A stretch of 64,000 nt of DNA, taken from contig NC_045697.1 in assembly GCF_009834535.1 (NCBI RefSeq), forward strand, positions 86,616,001-86,680,000. The letters are read 5' to 3'. Shown piece by piece: positions 61,431 through 64,000 of the stretch. The position numbers were made by a program, and so were the translations under genes. Position 1 is the first letter of the stretch, and each line of letters opens with the position of its first letter. The notes under the pieces are model-generated. The model was not told where the DNA came from. It saw only the letters and a program-made list of their open reading frames with translations, and ran no database searches. Origin of the DNA: Camelus ferus (lineage: Eukaryota).

Positions 61431-64000
61431 TGGCCCCTGTCAGGTGGTTATGTCAAGCATGGTAATTTGTAGTTTGAGTTTCCTCATAGATGTTCTGAAT
61501 TGTTCTGGAAATAAGATAACAGTGTGGTTATATCTTACTGATGATTTAACTTTTTTTTCAATTTGTAAATGACACGTTTTCTCTCAAGTGAGCCTTTTTG
61601 GCTGGGACCAGAACTGCTGACAGTATCTTTGTGCCGGGAAAATGTATAGGCTTTCACACAGGCTATTCAGAGTTCCAGGACAACCAGCAGAAGGGTGCTG
61701 GGTTGCTCCAGCCCTTCCGAGTTATAAGGAATGTGTGTAGTTACCTCAGGAGGTAAGGGCATGCAGCAGATTAGGTCCACTCAGGTATAGTTGTCTAATG
61801 AAGATGTGATCATCATTTTAGAAACAACTACATCATTCATTCAGACCTCAAAAACAGGCATGGAGAGCTCATTCAGGGTACAGTGCTTGCTCTAGTGACA
61901 GGCAGTTTTATATTTTTCTCAGCAAGTGCCTGCTGCTCCATAGTAGACTAAGCTCCACCAGGTAGGCTACTTCTTGTCTATGTCTCTGTGTCTTCTACTG
62001 CTGACAGTGAGCTGACCTTACTTCCTTTACACCTTTTGTTTAGTCATGGCTTCTGTTCTTCTATGGCTTCTGTTTCCTGCCCACTCTCGCTGTCTCTTGG
62101 CTTCTACCTACACTGTTGTCTGCTGGTTCTGATACTGAGTGATCTGAATTCAGACTCCGCAAGAAAGTGGTTCAGACTTAGAACTGTGTGACCCCAAAGT
62201 CCAGCTCTTTCTACTCTGCACTAGGGGGGAACAGCATTCCTATACTGAAAGCTTTGTTGGGGATTATACCAGCACCTGTCCTCTTCCCCTGTTTATGAAA
62301 GTTTTGGTTCTGTTTTGTTTTCTTTTATGGTTTGTTTTTAAATTTCTGCTTTGATGGGAAGTAAGTCAGTTTATTCTGGATGAAAACCAGCATCCAGTGG
62401 ATTCCAGAAGTTTTGTTAAGAGTCTTTCTAGGATGTCTTCTCCAAATATAGAGGTAAACTGAAACGACTTGGACTTGCAATATCAGATGCAGGGAAATGA
62501 GTTAAAGTATTCTCCCAAGTAGAAGTGCTCCCTACCCACTTCTGTGGTCTTTTGAGCCACTCAGGAGCTGTGGCCCCTATCAGGTGATTATGTACGTCAA
62601 ACATGATGCTTTATAGTTTATGAGTTTCCTCATAGATGTTCTGAATTGTTCTGGAAACAAGATAACAGTGCGGTTCTGGCAATTTTCCTGAGCGATCTTT
62701 AGGGCTATCCTGTGTGGTTAATTTGATCTGTGGAGCTGCTCCGTTATGGGTAATTTTGAAACACAGGGTTTGCTTATCTGTCTATCTCTCCTAGATGACA
62801 ACAGTTAAGTATTGGTTCAAGGGGCAGCACCAGGTTTTTCTTGAAGGACCTAGAAAGGCTCATGCACAGTCTCTCTCCTTCTCTGTCTGTTCACCTGTCT
62901 GTCTGTATGTATCTACATGAGGAGACACGTATAAGTCATTTACTAGGATGTTGATAGTGATTATCTTTTGAAAAGTGTGATTTGTGAATAAGTTTTACTT
63001 TTATATCCTTCTATTTTTTGAATTTTTGACATAAGCAATATTACCTTTATAGTAACAATAACAATAAACACCATTCTCTTTTGAGGAGAAAAAGTTTCAG
63101 CCTTCCCTTCACAGGCCATTGATTGTCCTCATACCTAATACTCTTCTGTGTGTTCTTCTTTTCCACTTACAAAAGAAAGATATAAGAAAAATAAGATGGA
63201 AAAAGTAGAGGATATTCTAAAAGATTATTCAATAAAAAAAGGCAAAAAAAATCAAAACGAACAGCTCTTGAAAAAGGAAAATGTAACATTGGTCAAAATC
63301 ATCACAAAGAGACAGGTAAATTCTTTGGTTTAATACAAGCAATAAAAACATGCAAGTTCAGGATTTGATATACAGACTCTTTTCAAGAGAAGTTTGCAAG
63401 CAAATATCCCAGAGGTTGACATTTCCATGTGGTAAAAAATTTCGAGACAGAGAGCACCTGCTAGAACCTTGAGTCTCAAATCATGAATACATATTACCAT
63501 AGACAAGGCCAGATGATCATCATCATTCAGTTTCTAATGTTTTATTTTCACCCAATAATTCAGGCCCATTTTCCAGATTGATTTCTCCTCCCTGCATCCC
63601 CCAAGCAGATGCCATTATTTATAGGGATTCCTGTCAAAAATTTTTTGGAAATATTTTTATCTATAGAAAGCAGATGGAATGCAGAAGACCTGGCAGATTT
63701 CCATGGAATAAATTTTCATGCTTCAGCTATATTGTAGGCTTTGTGTCCCCATTCAGGACTAGGGTACAAGCATCGTCACAATAGCAGTCACAAACAGTAT
63801 TTCTCTTGCTGTACTTCTACCGGCTTCACAGAAATTCCTTTGAGTTAATTCTGAAAGGCCCAGGAAGGAGGTCACTTGTGTTTGCCAACTCACTCTGCTC
63901 ACAGGTAGTCTTTTCCATTCCTACCCTCTTCTCCAGCTCAGCGTGGTGGTGTCCTGAAGCAGCCACCATTGTCAAAGTCCTTTTGGCTTTGACCAGAACT

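Noticed and set aside
1..64000. Prokaryotic-type systems (CRISPR array, operons, defence islands) or a new multi-gene system
   Set aside because: The DNA is mammalian: spliced IL2/ADAD1, LINE/SINE/LTR content and CpG depletion. I saw no regularly spaced repeat-spacer array and no long unexplained ORFs.
38200..64000. IL21 or its antisense lncRNA
   Set aside because: I saw no IL21 exon sequence. The gene is expected further upstream, beyond this window.

Overview
This is AT-rich, CpG-depleted mammalian genomic DNA, not prokaryotic. It covers the ADAD1-IL2 locus. The IL-2 sequence, as I recall it, points to a camelid (camel, llama or alpaca). The window holds the last two coding exons of ADAD1 (+ strand, 655-787 and 8908-9021) and, convergent with them, a complete 4-exon IL2 gene (- strand, CDS 37775 to 33315, 154 aa). 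IL2 has its canonical proximal promoter/enhancer (TATA, NFAT, Oct, CD28RE/AP-1, kB, ARRE-2, Ets dyad), an AU-rich 3'UTR and three tandem AATAAA signals. Most of the remainder is transposon-derived: nested LINE-1s of several ages (some with clear target-site duplications), an internally deleted two-LTR ERVL element just downstream of IL2, solo ERV1/MaLR/MLT2 LTRs, MIRs and L2s. Most ORFs in the supplied track are L1 fragments or chance AT-rich frames. I found no convincing new multi-gene system. The most unusual signals are two short duplications copied from about 1 kb away (25.4/26.4 kb and 61.4/62.6 kb), a possible decayed coding or retrocopy segment at about 61.5-62.8 kb, the 13-bp-spaced triple polyA signal of IL2, and several candidate IL2 regulatory changes. 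Repeat subfamily names and cross-species comparisons come from memory, not from a search.
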